The notes beneath the pieces were generated by a model. The model searched no databases. It was given only the letters and a program-made list of their open reading frames with translations, and was not told where the DNA came from. The translations under genes and the position numbers were made by a program. Of a stretch of DNA of 64,000 nt, positions 28,434-38,652 are shown piece by piece (position 1 is the stretch's first letter; every line of letters starts with the position of its first letter). Source of the stretch: Candidatus Deferrimicrobiaceae bacterium (GTDB taxonomy: Bacteria; Desulfobacterota; Deferrimicrobia; Deferrimicrobiales; Deferrimicrobiaceae); the NCBI GenBank assembly GCA_963792415.1, contig CAWBVY010000007.1, positions 1-64,000 of the forward strand, read 5' to 3'.

Positions 28434-29651
28434 GTGGAGCCGGACGAAGAGAAGACGGAAACCGGGGGAGAACCGGAAGAGGAGAGCTTCGGGGAGATGT
28501 TCGACAGGAGCTTCGTCGCCCCGACGCGGTACGAGCCCGGGCGGAAGGTGTCCTCCCGGGTCGTCAAGGTGACCCCGGAATGGGTTTTCCTCGACCTGGG
28601 ACGGAAGGGCGAGGGTGTCCTTGCGGCGAAGGAGCTGCTGGACGAGGCGGGGGCGGTGCGGGTCAAGGAGGGGGACGCCCTCGAGGCGTACTTCGTCTCC
28701 TCGGACGGCAGCGAGATGCTCTTCACCACCCGCGTTGCCGGGGGGGCGGCCGGATCCGCGCAGCTCGAGGAGGCCTCGAACTCGGGGATCCCCGTGGACG
28801 GGGTCGTGGTGAAGGAGGTCAAGGGAGGGTACGAAGTCCGGCTCGCGGGCGGGGCGAGGGCGTTCTGCCCCCACTCGCAGATGGACCTTCCGCGGTCCGG
28901 GGGCCAGGAGGAGCGCGTCGGGAAGCACGCCGCGTTCCGGATCACGAAGTACGGGGAAAAGGGCCGCAACATCGTCGTCTCCCGCCGGGCCTTGCTGGAA
29001 GAGGAGGAGGAGCGGAAAACGCGGGAGGTGATGGCGACGCTCACGGAGGGGATGGTGATGACGGGGACCGTCACCGCGGTCCGGGAGTTCGGCGCCTTCG
29101 TCTCCGTCGGCCCGATCGAGGGGCTGCTCCCCATTTCGGAGATCGGGTGGGACCGGGTGGAGGATATCCAGAGCGTTCTCGCCGTCGGACAGCAGGTCGA
29201 GGTCGCGATCACGCGCCTCGACTGGGCGAACAAACGCTTCTCCTTCAGCCTCAAGAAGACCCTCGCGGACCCGTGGGAAACCGCCGTCGACCGCTTCCCG
29301 GCCGGATCGCTCCACGTGGGAAAGGTTGCCCGCCTGGCCGCCTTCGGAGCCTTCGTCTCCCTCGGCGGGGGAGTCGACGGCCTGCTCCACATATCGAAAC
29401 TCGGCGGTGGAAAGCGGATCCGGAGCGCGGGCGAGGTCCTGCGGACGGGGCAGGAGATCGAAGTGAAGGTGGATTCGGTCGACCCCGTGAAGCGGCGCGT
29501 CGCCCTCTCCCTTCCGGCGACGGAGAGCCCGGAGACGCCCGGGGAGGAAGCGGAGGATTATGCGAAGTACATGGAGCCGGCCCCTCCTCCCCCCGCCCTC
29601 GGTTCCCTCGGGGAAGTCCTCAAGGCGAAGATGGAGCGAAAAGGGAAGTAG
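28434..29651 (+). CDS. rpsA: 30S ribosomal protein S1-like protein (4 S1 domains)
   Basis: Four S1 repeats ('VFLDLGRKGEG', 'RAFCPHSQ', 'FGAFVSVGPIEGLLPISE', 'FGAFVSLGGGVDGLLHIS'). GTG 28434. Confidence 0.85.
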   Translation: MEPDEEKTETGGEPEEESFGEMFDRSFVAPTRYEPGRKVSSRVVKVTPEWVFLDLGRKGEGVLAAKELLDEAGAVRVKEGDALEAYFVSSDGSEMLFTTRVAGGAAGSAQLEEASNSGIPVDGVVVKEVKGGYEVRLAGGARAFCPHSQMDLPRSGGQEERVGKHAAFRITKYGEKGRNIVVSRRALLEEEEERKTREVMATLTEGMVMTGTVTAVREFGAFVSVGPIEGLLPISEIGWDRVEDIQSVLAVGQQVEVAITRLDWANKRFSFSLKKTLADPWETAVDRFPAGSLHVGKVARLAAFGAFVSLGGGVDGLLHISKLGGGKRIRSAGEVLRTGQEIEVKVDSVDPVKRRVALSLPATESPETPGEEAEDYAKYMEPAPPPPALGSLGEVLKAKMERKGK

Positions 29652-29674
29652 CCGGTCCCTGCGGCGAGTTTCGA

Positions 29675-30412
29675 CTACGGGAAAAGGTGTCCCAGGAAGT
29701 ACGGCATCTGGCGGCGCCACCACGGCCAGTCGTGGGCGACGTCGTGGCCCCAGAAGTCGATCCACGCGGGGATCGACTTCGACGCGAGGATCGCCTGCAG
29801 GTCGCGGGTGTCCGCGACCATCTCCTCCTCCCACGCCCCCTGCCCGACGCACGCCACGATCCGGCCGCGGCGGTACCGGTCCAGGTACCAGGGGTCGGTC
29901 AGGTTGGGCAGGTAGGCGAGAGGGGTGTTGAAGTAGACGTTCTCGTCCATGTAATCGCCGACGAACCGGGTCAGCTTGTACACGCCGGAGAGGGCGACCA
30001 CGGCGTCGAAGACGTCGGGGTGGCGGAAGAAGAAGTTCGCGGAGTGGTACCCCCCCATGCTGCACCCCGTCGCGAGAAATCCCGTTTGGCCGGGGAACCA
30101 TCCCCGGACGAACGGGGTGACCTCGTCGACCACGTACCGTTCGTAGTCGTTGTGTCTTCGCGCGCGGTCCGCGGGGTGGGCCTCCTCGTTCAGCCACGAC
30201 TGCCGGTCCACGCTGTCCAGGGTGAAGAGGGTGACCGCGCCCGCGTCGATGAACGGCCGGCACGCCTCGACCATCCCGAAATCCTCGTACTCGTAGAACC
30301 GACCGCCCTGGCAGGGGAACACCACCACCGGTTTCCCCGCGTGGCCGTACGCCTTGAGCTCCATGTCCTGCCCGAGGTTCCGGCTCCACCACCGGTGGTA
30401 CGCGACGTTCAT
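29675..30412 (-). CDS. Putative esterase (alpha/beta hydrolase)
   Basis: 'YGHAGKP', nucleophile elbow 'GCSMGG', 'GQGAWE' and 'HDWPWW'. Confidence 0.9.
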   Translation of the reverse strand: MNVAYHRWWSRNLGQDMELKAYGHAGKPVVVFPCQGGRFYEYEDFGMVEACRPFIDAGAVTLFTLDSVDRQSWLNEEAHPADRARRHNDYERYVVDEVTPFVRGWFPGQTGFLATGCSMGGYHSANFFFRHPDVFDAVVALSGVYKLTRFVGDYMDENVYFNTPLAYLPNLTDPWYLDRYRRGRIVACVGQGAWEEEMVADTRDLQAILASKSIPAWIDFWGHDVAHDWPWWRRQMPYFLGHLFP

Positions 30413-30434
30413 CGGACGTCCCTCCCTTGCCGCG

Positions 30435-31598
30435 TCACGCGGTTTCCTGGATGTACCGTGCGGCGGACCGCACCTCGTCGAGGTCCCTCGACCGGACCAG
30501 GTACCCGTAGTCGCCGATCGCCGCGCGGAAGATGGAGTCGATCTCCTCGTGGTGCGCGATGAGGCCCCCGAAGGCCCCGAGGATCTCCCCGTGACCGTGG
30601 ACGTACCGCCTTCCCCGCTTCCTGCCGACGTAGCCGACGTGGTACGGGCGAGACCACTCCGCGGTGAAGCGGTTGCGGGCGACCACGCGCGCCCACTCCC
30701 GGTAGATGTCGATGTCGTTGGCGTAATTGAACATGTCCGTGGTCAAGCCCCCCGGCGGCCGCAGGTTCACCTCGAGCGCGACGATCCCGCCGTCCCGGTC
30801 GGCCCGGAAGAACTCGAAGTGGAAGAACCGTCCGCGGACGTCGAAGGCCTGCGCCGTGACCCGCCCCGCCTCCTCCAGGTCCGCCGGGATCTCCCGGAGG
30901 GAGTGGTAGAAAAGGTCGGCGTCCTCGTTGACCGTCTCCATGATCCCCTGGCTGAAGGCGTGCGCGGTGAAGAAGACGAGGTTACCGTCCCGGTCGGCCA
31001 GGCCGTCGAAGGAGAAGAGTCTCCCCTGGATGAACTCCTCCATGATGCAGTCGACCGGCGGCTTCCGGTCGAAGAAGGAGGAGAGCTCGCCTTCGTCGCG
31101 GATCTTGAAGGTCCCCGCCGCCCCCACCCCCACGTCGGGCTTGGCGATCACCGGGTAGCCGGTCCCGGCGACCAGCCGCCGCGCCTCCCCGAGGGTCCGG
31201 ACCACCGCGCCGCGGGCGACCCGGATCCCGGCGGACCGGTAGATCTCCTTCATGGCGGACTTCCGCTTGATGATCCCGATCCGGTCCTGCCGGAGCCCCT
31301 CCAGGTTGAAGTCCGTCCGAAGGCGCGCCTCGGTCTCCAGCCAGTGCTCGCTGTGGGAGTCGATCCCGTCGAGCTTCCCGTGGCGGTGGGTGAAGTGCCC
31401 GAGCGCCCGGACCAGCCCGTCGTACGAGTTCATGTCGTCGACGCGGTAATATTCGGAGAGCGCCCCGCGCAGCTCCGGCCGCAGCGACTCGTACGGGGCG
31501 TCGGCCACCCCGAGGACGTTCACCCCTTCCTCCCGTAGACGGACGCAGAAGCGGTAATAGTTCGGCGGAAAATGCGGGGAGAGGTAGACGAAGTTCAT
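30435..31598 (-). CDS. ATP-grasp domain protein (carbamoyl-phosphate synthase-like)
   Basis: 'MNFVYLSPHFP', 'YPVIAKPDVGVGA', 'MEEFI', 'FHFEFF' and 'EVNLRPPGG'. Confidence 0.9.
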   Translation of the reverse strand: MNFVYLSPHFPPNYYRFCVRLREEGVNVLGVADAPYESLRPELRGALSEYYRVDDMNSYDGLVRALGHFTHRHGKLDGIDSHSEHWLETEARLRTDFNLEGLRQDRIGIIKRKSAMKEIYRSAGIRVARGAVVRTLGEARRLVAGTGYPVIAKPDVGVGAAGTFKIRDEGELSSFFDRKPPVDCIMEEFIQGRLFSFDGLADRDGNLVFFTAHAFSQGIMETVNEDADLFYHSLREIPADLEEAGRVTAQAFDVRGRFFHFEFFRADRDGGIVALEVNLRPPGGLTTDMFNYANDIDIYREWARVVARNRFTAEWSRPYHVGYVGRKRGRRYVHGHGEILGAFGGLIAHHEEIDSIFRAAIGDYGYLVRSRDLDEVRSAARYIQETA

Positions 31599-31689
31599 CG
31601 CCGTATCGTCGCACAGATGCCGGCGCATTTGCGAGACGCCGCACGAAGTCTGGTATCGTCGTCCGATGGTCCGCGGGGGAGCAGGCACC

Positions 31690-31818
31690 GTGCGCGTCGT
31701 CAACCGGACGCGGGAAATCGTCCCGCGGGGGGCCCCGGAACCGCGTTCGGGGATCCTTGCCGCCACCGGTACCGTGCCTGGATACCGGCTGGGGTTCGAT
31801 GTGGGCGGACCGGCTTGA
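31690..31818 (+). pseudogene. Internally deleted DUF192-like gene remnant
   Basis: 'VRVVNRTREIV...SGILAATGTVPGYRLGF' resembles the N- and C-termini of DUF192 proteins, but the ORF is only 42 aa. Confidence 0.45.
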
Positions 31819-31844
31819 CACCACCGGCCGCCGGCTGCTACATT
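31815..31844 (+). promoter_or_regulatory. sigma70 promoter of hrcA operon
   Basis: TTGACA-N18-TACATT with a TG extension, directly upstream of CIRCE. Confidence 0.7.
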
Positions 31845-31849
31845 GGGCA

Positions 31850-31876
31850 TTAGCACTCTCTTCGCCGGAGTGCTAA
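31850..31876. promoter_or_regulatory. CIRCE element (HrcA operator)
   Basis: Exact TTAGCACTC-N9-GAGTGCTAA upstream of hrcA. Confidence 0.97.
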
Positions 31877-31897
31877 GTTGTTCGAGGAGAAGGTGAA

Positions 31898-32935
31898 ATG
31901 GCTTCCGGGATGGATGATCGCACGACCCGGGTCCTGCGCCACATCGTCGAGGATTACATCGCCACGGCGGAGCCGGTCGGGTCAAGAACCATCTCCAAGA
32001 AGATGGGGCAAACCCTTTCGCCGGCCACGATCCGCAACATCATGGCGGACCTCGAGGAGGCGGGGTTCCTCGCCCAGCCGCACACCTCCGCGGGGCGCGT
32101 CCCCACGGGCGCGGGGTTCCGGTACTACATCGACCACCTCCTGGCGCGGCAAGTCCTCGCCCGCGGCGAGATGGACCAGCTGCACCGCGCGGCGGGCGAA
32201 GGGAACGGTCCGGCGGACGAGCTGGTGCGGCAGGTCAGCCGCCTGCTGTCGAACCTGGCCCGCCAGGCGAGCGTCGTCGTGGTTTCCTCGCCGGAGCAGC
32301 AGGTCCTCAGCTCCGTGAGCCTCATGCGGGCGGGAGTCGAGAGGATCCTGCTGGTCACCGTGATGCGCGGGGGATGGGTTCAGCACCGCCTGATCGAGGG
32401 CGAGCCGGATCTCTCCGGAGACGAGCTCGAGAAGATCAGCGCATACCTCAACGAGCTGGCGGAGGGGCGGACGCTGCTGCAGCTGCGAACCCGGATCCTC
32501 GACGAACTCGGCAAGGAGAAGGCCCGGTACGACCGGGTGATGGGGCGTGCCCTCGCGATGGGCGCCCGGGCGCTCACGGACGCCGCCCCGGGCGAGGTCT
32601 TCATCGAGGGGCGCGCGAACATCCTCGAACAGCCCGAGTTCTCCGAGGACGTCCACCGCCTGAAGCGGATTCTGCGCGCCTTCGAGGAGAAGAGCGTGAT
32701 CTTCCGCCTGCTCGACCGGGCGATGGAGAGCCGTGCGATCCAGGTATCCGTCGGGGTCGAGAATACGGTGGAAGAGCTTCCGGACATCTCGGTGGTCGCC
32801 TCCGGGTACCGGCAGGGCGCTTCCTCCGTGGGGAGCATCGGCCTCATCGGGCCCGTCCGGATGGATTACTCGCGGGTGATCCCGCTGGTAGAGTACGCCG
32901 CGAGCCTGCTCACCACGATGTTCGAGGATCGTTAG
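31898..32935 (+). CDS. hrcA: Heat-inducible transcription repressor HrcA
   Basis: 'EPVGSRTI', 'SPATIRN.MADLEE.G.L.QPHTSAGRVPT' and 'IGPVRMDY'. Confidence 0.97.
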   Translation: MASGMDDRTTRVLRHIVEDYIATAEPVGSRTISKKMGQTLSPATIRNIMADLEEAGFLAQPHTSAGRVPTGAGFRYYIDHLLARQVLARGEMDQLHRAAGEGNGPADELVRQVSRLLSNLARQASVVVVSSPEQQVLSSVSLMRAGVERILLVTVMRGGWVQHRLIEGEPDLSGDELEKISAYLNELAEGRTLLQLRTRILDELGKEKARYDRVMGRALAMGARALTDAAPGEVFIEGRANILEQPEFSEDVHRLKRILRAFEEKSVIFRLLDRAMESRAIQVSVGVENTVEELPDISVVASGYRQGASSVGSIGLIGPVRMDYSRVIPLVEYAASLLTTMFEDR

Positions 32936-32987
32936 CGTCCTACGTCCGCCAGGATATCCCGTACGATTTCACCAGGAGAGGAAAGGG

Positions 32988-33563
32988 ATGGAAGACAGGG
33001 AGAAGGAATTGCAGCCGGCGGAAGCCGTGGCGGAGAGTCCGACGGCGCAGGATGTCGATGCCGGACCCGGGAGCGGCGCGGAATCCGGGGAAACGGAAGA
33101 CGCGGCGAAGCTGAAGGAACAGCTGGCGTACCTTGCCGCGGAGTTCGAAAATTTCCGGAAGCGCGTCGCACGGGAGCGGGATGCGCAGGCGGCCTTCGGG
33201 AACGAGCGGCTGCTGCTTGCCGTCCTGCCGTTCCTCGACAACCTCGAGCGGGCGATGGGCCAGGAGGCGGCCTCCGCCGAATCCCTTCTCTCCGGCGTCC
33301 GGATGACGTACGACCTGTTTCTCTCGGAATTGCGCAAATTCGGCCTTGAGCAGCTCCCCGCGCAAGGCGGGGCGTTCGACCCGTCCCTGCACGAGGCGAT
33401 CGCGAGCGTACCCTCCCCGGGAATGCCCGGGGGGACCATCGTCGCCGAGGCGCGCAAGGGGTACCTGCTCCACGGGCGCCTGCTGCGCCCGGCCCAGGTT
33501 ACGGTCGCCGCCGCCCCTCCGGAGGACGGCGGCGGCGACGCTCCCGCCGGATCGGTGACGTAA
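32988..33563 (+). CDS. grpE: Nucleotide exchange factor GrpE
   Basis: 'AEFENFRKR', 'LPFLDNLERA', 'FDPSLHEA' and 'GYLLHGRLLRPAQV'. Confidence 0.96.
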   Translation: MEDREKELQPAEAVAESPTAQDVDAGPGSGAESGETEDAAKLKEQLAYLAAEFENFRKRVARERDAQAAFGNERLLLAVLPFLDNLERAMGQEAASAESLLSGVRMTYDLFLSELRKFGLEQLPAQGGAFDPSLHEAIASVPSPGMPGGTIVAEARKGYLLHGRLLRPAQVTVAAAPPEDGGGDAPAGSVT

Positions 33564-34673
33564 GTGGCGTCGAAGCGCGATTATTACGATATTCTCGGTG
33601 TTTCCCGGGAGAGCACCGTCGACGACATCAAGAAGGCGTTCCGCCAGCTCGCCCTTCAGTACCACCCCGACCGGAATCCCGGCGACAAGTCCGCGGAGGA
33701 CCGGTTCAAGGAGCTCAACGAGGCGTACTCGGTCCTCTCCGACCCGGGCAAGCGGGAGCAGTACGACCGCTTCGGGCACGCGGGGCCCGCGGGGCAGGGG
33801 TTTGGCGGCGCCGGCGATTTTTCGGGGTTCGGCGTCGAGGACATCATCAACGACTTCTTCGGCGGGATTTTCGGGGGGGCCGCGGGAGGCGGCCGCTCCC
33901 GCCGCGGCGCGGATCTCCGGTACAACCTGACGGTCGCTTTCGAGGAGGCGGTCTTCGGCTCCGAGAAGGAGATCGTCGTCCCCCGGACGGGGGTGTGCCG
34001 GGACTGCTCGGGATCGGGCGCGCGGAAGGGGACCCGGCCGGAGCGGTGCGGCGCCTGCAACGGACAGGGCCAGGTCACGATGCAGCAGGGGTTTTTCGCG
34101 ATCCGCCGCACCTGTGGCCGCTGCGGGGGGACGGGCCAGATCGTCAAGGACCCGTGCGGAAATTGTGCCGGCACCGGACACGTCCGGGAAAACCGCTCGC
34201 TCAAGGTGAAGATCCCCCCCGGGGTCGACAGCGGGACGCGCCTGAAGCTGCGCGGCGAGGGGGAGGCCGGCCCATCGGGCGGCGCCACCGGGGACCTGTT
34301 CGTGGTGCTCACCGTGAAGGAGCACCCGTTCTTCATCCGGGAGGGGGCCGACCTTTTCTGCGAGGTGCCGATCACCTTTCCGCAGGCGGCCCTGGGCACG
34401 ACGATCGAGGTGCCCACCCTGTCCGGGAGGAAAAATCTCACCATCCCCCCCGGCACGCCGTCGGGACACGCATTCGTGATGCGGGGGGAGGGGGTGGCCG
34501 CGCTCAACTCCGGCCGGCGGGGGAACCTCGTGATCCGCGTGGTGATCGAGGTGCCCAGGAAACTCACGAAGCGGCAGAAAGAGATTCTCGCGGAGTACCA
34601 GGAACTGTCCGAGGAGTCCCCGGGTCCCATCTCGCGAAGTTTCTTCGAAAAGGTGAAGGAGATCTTCGGGTGA
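33564..34673 (+). CDS. dnaJ: Chaperone DnaJ
   Basis: J-domain with HPD, G/F region and four CxxCxGxG repeats. Confidence 0.97.
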   Translation: MASKRDYYDILGVSRESTVDDIKKAFRQLALQYHPDRNPGDKSAEDRFKELNEAYSVLSDPGKREQYDRFGHAGPAGQGFGGAGDFSGFGVEDIINDFFGGIFGGAAGGGRSRRGADLRYNLTVAFEEAVFGSEKEIVVPRTGVCRDCSGSGARKGTRPERCGACNGQGQVTMQQGFFAIRRTCGRCGGTGQIVKDPCGNCAGTGHVRENRSLKVKIPPGVDSGTRLKLRGEGEAGPSGGATGDLFVVLTVKEHPFFIREGADLFCEVPITFPQAALGTTIEVPTLSGRKNLTIPPGTPSGHAFVMRGEGVAALNSGRRGNLVIRVVIEVPRKLTKRQKEILAEYQELSEESPGPISRSFFEKVKEIFG

Positions 34674-36619
34674 TCTTCCATTTTCGGATTCCCGGCACCC
34701 GCCTGTTCGCCTCCCTGCTCCTGGTCCTTGCGGTTTCCGCCGGGGCCACCGAGGCTCCCAGTCCGATGCTTGGCGGGGGCGACGCGATCCCCGTTCTCCG
34801 CCCGTGGACCCCCGAGTCCTTGCGGACGGCGCCGATCGTCCCCTTCCTTCAGGCCGAAAGCGAATACGTCGCCGGGAAGACCGACCAGGCCCTCTCCCGG
34901 TTCCTCGACCTGGCATACTCCGCCGCGGACGACGAGCGGAAGGGGTTCATCTGGTGGCGCATCGGAGAGCTGCTGCTCGTCCGCGGGGAGCTGGACAAGG
35001 CGCTGGAGGCGGCGGACAAGGCGGTGCTTCTCTCCCGCGCCCCGTACCTCTCCCTCTCGGCCGTCGACCTCAAGCTGCGGATCTACCAGCGGATGAAATG
35101 GAACAACGAGGCGGCCCAGATGGCGGCGTACCTCCTCGACCGGAAGTTCGTGGGGGCGGACTCCTCCGCGCTCGTGGCCCTGATGGCGCGTGTGGACGCC
35201 GGGGCGGGGAAGCTGGGCAGCGCCCTCGCGCTCTACCGCCGCGCCATCGCCGCCGCCACGGATCCTGAGCATTCCCGGCGGCTGTCGGCCGAACGGGAAT
35301 CGCTGATCAACGGGGCGACGGACCTGTCCGTGCTCCGGGGGGCGGCCGAGGGGGAGGAGGATCCGGAGGTCCGCGGCCACCTGTATTTCGCGATGGGGAA
35401 CGCGGCGATCCGGAAAGGGTTCCTCGGGATGGCGGCCCACGCGTTCGAGCGATCGGCGCGCGCCGGGGGGAAAGAATCCCATGAGGCCGCGGAGCGTCTG
35501 TTCCGGGCGGAGGAGATCATCGCCGCGCGGCCAAAGATCGTCGGTCTCGTCCCCCTCTCGGGGAAGCTTTCCGACATCGGGTACGCGGTCCTCATCGGGG
35601 CGGAAGTTGCGCTCGGCACACTCCAGGGGGTCGAGCGGAACGGCACGCCTCCGGTCATCCGGTGGGTCGACACGGCGGGGCAGCCCGAGAATGCGCGGAG
35701 GGAGTTCGTTGCCGCCGCGGCCAACCCGACGGTGATCGGCGTCCTCGGGCCGGTCACGGGAGAGGAGGGTCGGTCGGTCGGCGTTGCGTTCACGCAGAAA
35801 TCGCCCCCCACGCTGTACCTCGGCCAGAAGCAGATCTTCGAAAAGCCGTTCCTCTACGGGTTCGGACTCTCCCCGGCGCAGGAGGCGCGGGCTCTTCTCT
35901 CGCACCTGGCGCGGGCGGGGGTTTCCGACCTGCTCCTGTTCCACCCGCAGAACGGATACGGGCATGGCTTCGCCACCGCGGCTGCCGCGGCCGCCGAGGC
36001 GGCGGGGATCCGGATCGCCAAGACCCTGTCCTACTCCCCGGAGACGCAGGACTTCACGGGGGTGATCAAGAGGGCGGTCGGCAACGCGACCTTCCAGCGC
36101 CAGTCGCGGTCGAAAGAAAAGGGAGACGCGATGAAGCTTCCGCTGGGGGGTATCGTTATCGCCGACCGGTGGGACCGGGTCTTCCTCCTCGCGTCGCAAT
36201 TGCGCTACTACAACGTCTATCTCCCGCTGGCCGGGTTCTCCGGATGGAACGACCCCGAACTGCTCCGGAAGGCGGTCGGTGCCGTTTCGGGGGCGGTCTT
36301 CCCCGTGGACTACTCCGACGTGATCCCGGGGGCCCAGGGCGACCGGTTCCGGAAGGCGTTCCAGGAGATGGTGTCGGCTCCCCCCTCCCGGTTCGAGGCG
36401 ATGGGGTACGACGGCGCCCGGTTTCTCTCCGAGGCGTACGCGCTCGAGGGCGGTTCCGGACACTCCCTCGAGGAGGCGATGCGCGAGAAGATCCCCCGGC
36501 TGAAAAATTACCTCGGCGTGACGGGAGCGTTCCAGTTCACACCGGCGGGGGATCTGCGCCGGAAAGTCTCCCTCCTGCAGGTCGAGCTGGGGAACTTCGT
36601 CCCCGTCCAGACCCCGTAA
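34670..36619 (+). CDS. LppC/LpoA-like protein (TPR-like N-terminus plus periplasmic binding fold)
   Basis: Helical N-terminus, then 'VGLVPLSG', 'GVLGPV', 'NGYG' and 'GYDG...GVTGAFQF'. GTGA overlap with dnaJ. Confidence 0.78.
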   Translation: MIFHFRIPGTRLFASLLLVLAVSAGATEAPSPMLGGGDAIPVLRPWTPESLRTAPIVPFLQAESEYVAGKTDQALSRFLDLAYSAADDERKGFIWWRIGELLLVRGELDKALEAADKAVLLSRAPYLSLSAVDLKLRIYQRMKWNNEAAQMAAYLLDRKFVGADSSALVALMARVDAGAGKLGSALALYRRAIAAATDPEHSRRLSAERESLINGATDLSVLRGAAEGEEDPEVRGHLYFAMGNAAIRKGFLGMAAHAFERSARAGGKESHEAAERLFRAEEIIAARPKIVGLVPLSGKLSDIGYAVLIGAEVALGTLQGVERNGTPPVIRWVDTAGQPENARREFVAAAANPTVIGVLGPVTGEEGRSVGVAFTQKSPPTLYLGQKQIFEKPFLYGFGLSPAQEARALLSHLARAGVSDLLLFHPQNGYGHGFATAAAAAAEAAGIRIAKTLSYSPETQDFTGVIKRAVGNATFQRQSRSKEKGDAMKLPLGGIVIADRWDRVFLLASQLRYYNVYLPLAGFSGWNDPELLRKAVGAVSGAVFPVDYSDVIPGAQGDRFRKAFQEMVSAPPSRFEAMGYDGARFLSEAYALEGGSGHSLEEAMREKIPRLKNYLGVTGAFQFTPAGDLRRKVSLLQVELGNFVPVQTP

Positions 36620-36624
36620 TCCGC

Positions 36625-38652
36625 GTGCCCGGGGATCTTGCGCGAAAAGTCGGGAGGTCGCTTTCCCCCGGCGGTCCGATCGCGGCGGCGATGCCGGGGT
36701 TCGAGTCGCGCCCGGGACAGCTCCGGATGGCGCTCGCATGGGCGGAGGCGCTTGAAACGCCCCGCGTGCTGGTCGCCGAGGCGGCCACCGGGATCGGCAA
36801 GACGCTGGCCTACCTCGTCCCCGCGATCCTCTCCGGCCGGAAGACGATCGTTTCCACCGGCACGCGCACCCTCCAGCAGCAGTTGATGGAAAACGACATC
36901 CCCCTGGTGCGGGACATCCTCCAGTACCCCTTCTCGTGCGCCGTCCTCAAAGGCCGCGGCAACTACCTCTGCCTGCGCCGCTGGAAGCGGTTCCGCGCCG
37001 AGCCGCTCTTCGAGTTCGCCCGGGAGGCCGGCTACTTCTCCGCGATGCAGGCGTTCTCGGAGAGGACCCGGACGGGGGACGTATCCGAGTGCGAAGGGGT
37101 GCCCGAGGACGCGCGCGTCTGGGGAGAGGTGAACGCCCGCAGCGAGATGTGCGACGCGTCTGCGTGCGGCGAGACCGAGCGGTGCCATCTTGCGGCGGCC
37201 CGGCGGCGGGCCGCGGACGCCGATCTCGTCGTGGTGAACCACCACCTGTTCTTCGCGGACCTCGCGCTGCGCGAGCGGCTCGGCCCCGGTCGCGGGGGCG
37301 AGGAAGGGCGGTTCGGGGAGGTGCTTCCACGCGCCGACGCCGTGGTGTTCGACGAGGCGCACGGAGTCGAGGAGACCGCCTCCGTCTTCTTCGGCGTGAC
37401 CGTCTCTCTCGGCCGCGCCCGGGAGCTCGCGCGGGACGTGAAGCGTTCCGCCGCGAAGGCGCGCGGCGGGTGGAACGCTCTCCCGCCGATGGCCGAGCGG
37501 TTCCGCCTCGTCGCCGAATCGGCTTTCGACGCGGTGGGGGACGGGGAAGCCCGTTTCGCGCTGCCCGCGCCCTCCGCCGGCACCCCGTTCGGGCAGAAGG
37601 CGTCCGCCCTGCTCCGCGCGGGGGAGGAGCTCGCCCTGTCGCTCTCGGACGGTGTCCCCCACGGGGAGAGGGGCTCCGACGCGGCGGGCACGGATTCGGG
37701 GACGGACCGGGACCCCCTTCTCCGGCGGGTCCGCTCCTTCCTCGACGACCTGGACTCGGTTCTCTCCTCCGACTCCGCCTCCGCCGTGGCGTGGGCGGAG
37801 CGGCGCGGCGCGTCCGTCTCCCTGCACCGGACGCCGGTCGAGGTATCCCCGGTCCTTTCCGCGGCGCTCTGGGGGGAGCGGATTCCGTTCCTTCTCACCT
37901 CGGCGACCCTCTCCGTATCGGGCGACCTGTCGTATTTCCGCGATCGTGTCGGGCTCTCACGGGTTGATGCCCGGGAACTCATCGTGGATAATGAGTTCGA
38001 CTTCGCGGGGCGGGCGCTCTTCTACGTCCCGCAGGGGATTCCCGATCCGGCGGATTCCGCGTTCCCGGCGGCGGCGGCGGAGGAGACGCGGGAGATCCTG
38101 TCGTGCTCCGGCGGCGGCGCGCTGGTCCTGTGCACGAGCTACCGGACGCTCTCGGCTCTGACGGAGGCGCTGCGGGGGACGCTGCCGCACACCTTGTACG
38201 TCCAGGGGGACGCCCCGCGGGGGCACCTCCTGCGGGCGTTCCGGGACGGCGAGGACACGGTGCTGATCGGGACGGGGACGTTCTGGGAGGGGGTCGACGT
38301 TCCAGGGTCCTCCCTGCGGTGCGTCATTATCGACAAGCTGCCGTTCGCCTCCCCGTCCGACCCGGTGACCTCGGCCCGCATCCGGGCCCTGCGCGACCGG
38401 GGAGCGGACCCGTTCGTGGAGTACCAGCTCCCCGAGGCGGTCCTTGCGCTTCGGCAAGGCGTCGGGAGGCTCCTCCGCCGCGGGGACGATTACGGGGTGG
38501 TGGCCCTGCTCGACCGCAGGGTTTCGACCCGGGGGTACGGCGAGCTCTTCCGGACGAACCTTCCCCCGGCGCGGTGGACGGACGACCGGTCCGAGGTGGC
38601 GGCGTTCTTCCGCCGGTTCCACGGAACGAAGAAGACGGAGGGAAAGGGATGA
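36625..38652 (+). CDS. ATP-dependent DNA helicase, DinG/YoaA family
   Basis: 'RPGQ' Q-motif, 'EAATGIGKT', 'KGRGNYLC', 'DEAH', 'TSATL', 'FWEGVDVPG' and 'QGVGRLLR'. Confidence 0.94.
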   Translation: MPGDLARKVGRSLSPGGPIAAAMPGFESRPGQLRMALAWAEALETPRVLVAEAATGIGKTLAYLVPAILSGRKTIVSTGTRTLQQQLMENDIPLVRDILQYPFSCAVLKGRGNYLCLRRWKRFRAEPLFEFAREAGYFSAMQAFSERTRTGDVSECEGVPEDARVWGEVNARSEMCDASACGETERCHLAAARRRAADADLVVVNHHLFFADLALRERLGPGRGGEEGRFGEVLPRADAVVFDEAHGVEETASVFFGVTVSLGRARELARDVKRSAAKARGGWNALPPMAERFRLVAESAFDAVGDGEARFALPAPSAGTPFGQKASALLRAGEELALSLSDGVPHGERGSDAAGTDSGTDRDPLLRRVRSFLDDLDSVLSSDSASAVAWAERRGASVSLHRTPVEVSPVLSAALWGERIPFLLTSATLSVSGDLSYFRDRVGLSRVDARELIVDNEFDFAGRALFYVPQGIPDPADSAFPAAAAEETREILSCSGGGALVLCTSYRTLSALTEALRGTLPHTLYVQGDAPRGHLLRAFRDGEDTVLIGTGTFWEGVDVPGSSLRCVIIDKLPFASPSDPVTSARIRALRDRGADPFVEYQLPEAVLALRQGVGRLLRRGDDYGVVALLDRRVSTRGYGELFRTNLPPARWTDDRSEVAAFFRRFHGTKKTEGKG

